Part shown: in pieces, positions 61,795 through 64,000 of the stretch
Position numbering within the stretch: position 1 is the stretch's first letter
Layout of the letters: the number at the start of each line of letters is the position of its first letter
DNA from: Amphiscolops sp. MND2022
Taxonomy: Eukaryota
Direction: 5' to 3'
DNA length: 64,000 nucleotides
Assembly: GCA_964187785.1 (NCBI GenBank)
Contig: OZ076421.1
Coordinates: forward strand, 37,262,001-37,326,000
Notes under the pieces: model-generated
The model's database searches: none
The model's input: only the letters and a program-made list of their open reading frames with translations
Told to the model about the DNA's origin: nothing
Translations under genes and position numbers: made by a program

Positions 61795-61808
61795 TGCTGA
61801 CTGCGCCA
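61795..61808 (-). promoter_or_regulatory. Primer-binding site (tRNA-Ser type) of element 2
   Basis: The - strand TGGCGCAGTCAGCA directly abuts the 5' LTR. TGGCGCAGTC is the tRNA-Ser PBS type known from several gypsy-group elements. Confidence 0.75.
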
Positions 61809-64000
61809 TAAAGTAAGGTGAGGAAAAAGTTTCAAAGGTTAAATTAAAACTGATATAGCTTGACTAGGAAGCTTGCTCATAAGAGTATCATGTACGTATC
61901 AACTGTATTTTAGATATCAAATCGTATATATGTATTACAATTGCATGGCTTCAAGAATAACGCTAGCACGTACTTTAATGTCAGTTTCGATGTTGGCATA
62001 TCATCCTTTCAATGCCGTAAATGAGGACCTCAAGCGTGGTCCGAATGTTGCAGGTGTTTGATTTTTACAAAGGTTTCAAAGTTTGTGCGTTTTTTCTTCC
62101 CCAACCAATTGTTTTGAGCCGAAGAGCACTTTGGAGAGAAACTGATAGACCTAGTCAATTAGGCGAATTTTTAAATAAAAACAATGTTAGAGTTAGAGTC
62201 TTGATAAAAGCTCTCCGAACTTGCAACATGTTTGTACACTCTGCTCTTAGAGCATGTGTAGAGGACAGCCGAACTCATGTAGACTCCAGAAACTTATTAG
62301 TCTGCTTCCTTGTCTGTGTTTATTTACACTATTGGTATTTATAGATTAAATACCTGCCCCGCCACATAGGTGCAGATGAAACTTTGTAAGAACAGATAGA
62401 AAAAGGATAGTAACGGAACAGTTTGATTTTAACATTGACTTCTTTCTTATACGTCTATTTGAGATACAACAGCATGGTTCCTGCGCTCTTGCTCTTGCTC
62501 AAATGACTTGTGTACTTACATTTAAGAAGCCAAATTTGTTGAGATCACAACCTGCCCGAAATTGTTCGTTAGTCTGACAATTAAAATCTTGCAACAGGTG
62601 GACTACCAATATTTGGCGAACGAAAACTGGACCTATTTGACACTCCAGGGCAATCAACCAGTGGCCATTACAATACACATCACATTAACGAACTAGCAGG
62701 ATCCTGTTGGTTCGAGTTTTGTCCAATTGGAGTGCGAATGATTTTTGGAAGATTCATACTTACACCAGTTGATACAACTACGTCCAGTGAGAATTTCACT
62801 GTCGGCAATTAGAGTGAATGACTAGTTTACAACAGACATCGTCTCTGCACAATTTGACTACCGACACTCTGCATCTGATAATTACACAGATGAATTTATA
62901 ATTCAACACCTTGATTAGCCTACAGTGTAAACCAGTCAATCTTTTTACATAATTGTGAATCAGTCTTACTATATTGTTGGTGTAAATTGGGCAAACTTTG
63001 ACCACATTCCACTTGATGCAAATTGTGGAACCCATCTTACCAATCAATGTCTTACCTATATTCAAGTACTACTCATTACGAAGCGTTAGTCAACCAGAAC
63101 ACAATTGGGAAGAAAATGAGAAGTGTGAATTTGTAACGTCCACCAACGTGGTGTACAGCAAATAACCAAAAATCGATGAAAGGTACCGCAAAAACAATGG
63201 CGGAGCCGCTACAACTTTGAAGACGAAAAAGGTAGAACATCCCCGGTAGATACAAGACCCTGAAAACGCTCTGGAAACAAGACATTCACGATTCCTCAAA
63301 ATTGCGATATCAACAGAGGATACACCCAAAAATGCAGAAGTCACTCAATTTCGTCGAAAAACGTCACTCAATTTTGCATTAGATTTTTGCTGTCGAAATT
63401 GTACACAATCACGCGACATTAAATGTTCGTTCTCTTAAATCTTTTTTCACATAACAGCCAGTGTTTCTGCTTCATCTGATTGCCGCTTTTGGACCTCCGA
63501 AAAACGTAGGAAGTCCCAGGTACCCAAAAAATGCGTCTTTACGTGCTTGAGATGCGGACATGTCTAGACTTAGGAGTGCGCCGGCATGTCTCCCGGAGCT
63601 CTAATGATGAATCTCCTCCCGAAGACCATTTTTGGGTTAAAACTGGTCTTTATGTTTCTCTAAGACTGTAGTCTCCTGTCTAGGCAACCTAAGCATCGAT
63701 CCAGCTCTTGTATGTGTGTGCTCTTCTGACTGGACGTTACAATTTTGGGCTTCGAAATGGGACACATCTGAGGAACTGATCGACAGACGCCGAGTTAGCG
63801 TGCGGATCATCAACCTGTGACCCGGTGTATCACGCGCTTTTGTAAATCAGCGAGGTCCTATTTATTTTGTACGAGAATGTGATACTAATACCGTGTTTGT
63901 CGGTGCATTTTTTAAATGTGACCGACTATTACGCTGACTAATTTTTTAAGTTCAGATGTTTTGCCTGACATTTTACCTAAAGACTCCCTAAAGACATTTT

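Larger units (their letters stand above)
56386..62019 (-). mobile_element. Older Ty3/gypsy LTR retrotransposon (Mag/SURL-like), no env
   Basis: 211-bp LTRs at 56386-56596 and 61809-62019 (about 14 differences by manual count), AATGA duplicated at 56381-56385 and 62020-62024, PPT AGAGGAGGGAA (56597-56607) and PBS. Confidence 0.92.
56048..62052. mobile_element. Possible solo LTR (56048-56385 plus 62025-62052) split by element 2
   Basis: Removing element 2 rejoins a unit of about 365 bp bounded by TGTAAC...GTTGCA, with short internal CTGAGA-type repeats and AATAAA on the - strand. No clean TSD. Confidence 0.3.

Overview
AT-rich, repeat-dense eukaryotic (invertebrate animal-like) genomic DNA. 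The only host gene I can support is a complete 3-exon Cys-loop ligand-gated anion channel (+ strand; 11012-11305, 14191-14326, 15980-16932; 460 aa). The dominant feature is a young, full-length 12.7-kb Ty3/gypsy-type LTR retroelement on the - strand (22099-34786). It has 779-bp LTRs differing at about 9 positions, a tRNA-Leu-type PBS, a PPT and a TTAA target duplication. Its organisation resembles a complex retrovirus: two small leader ORFs (PPxY plus TM helix; Zn-finger-like), gag, a frameshifted pol carrying a TARG1/OARD1-like macrodomain between RNase H and integrase, an intact 793-aa class I fusion env, and an extra intact ORF after env ending in a full DnaJ J-domain (HPDKN). One candidate splice donor in the first leader ORF is in frame with the acceptors of both env and the J-domain ORF. 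The rest of the window holds a second, older Mag-like gypsy element (56386-62019), three decayed LINEs, two hAT transposase relics, tRNA-derived SINE copies and many copies of two DINE-1/HINE-like (Helentron-type) non-autonomous families. All calls come from manual reading and motif recognition; no database searches were run.
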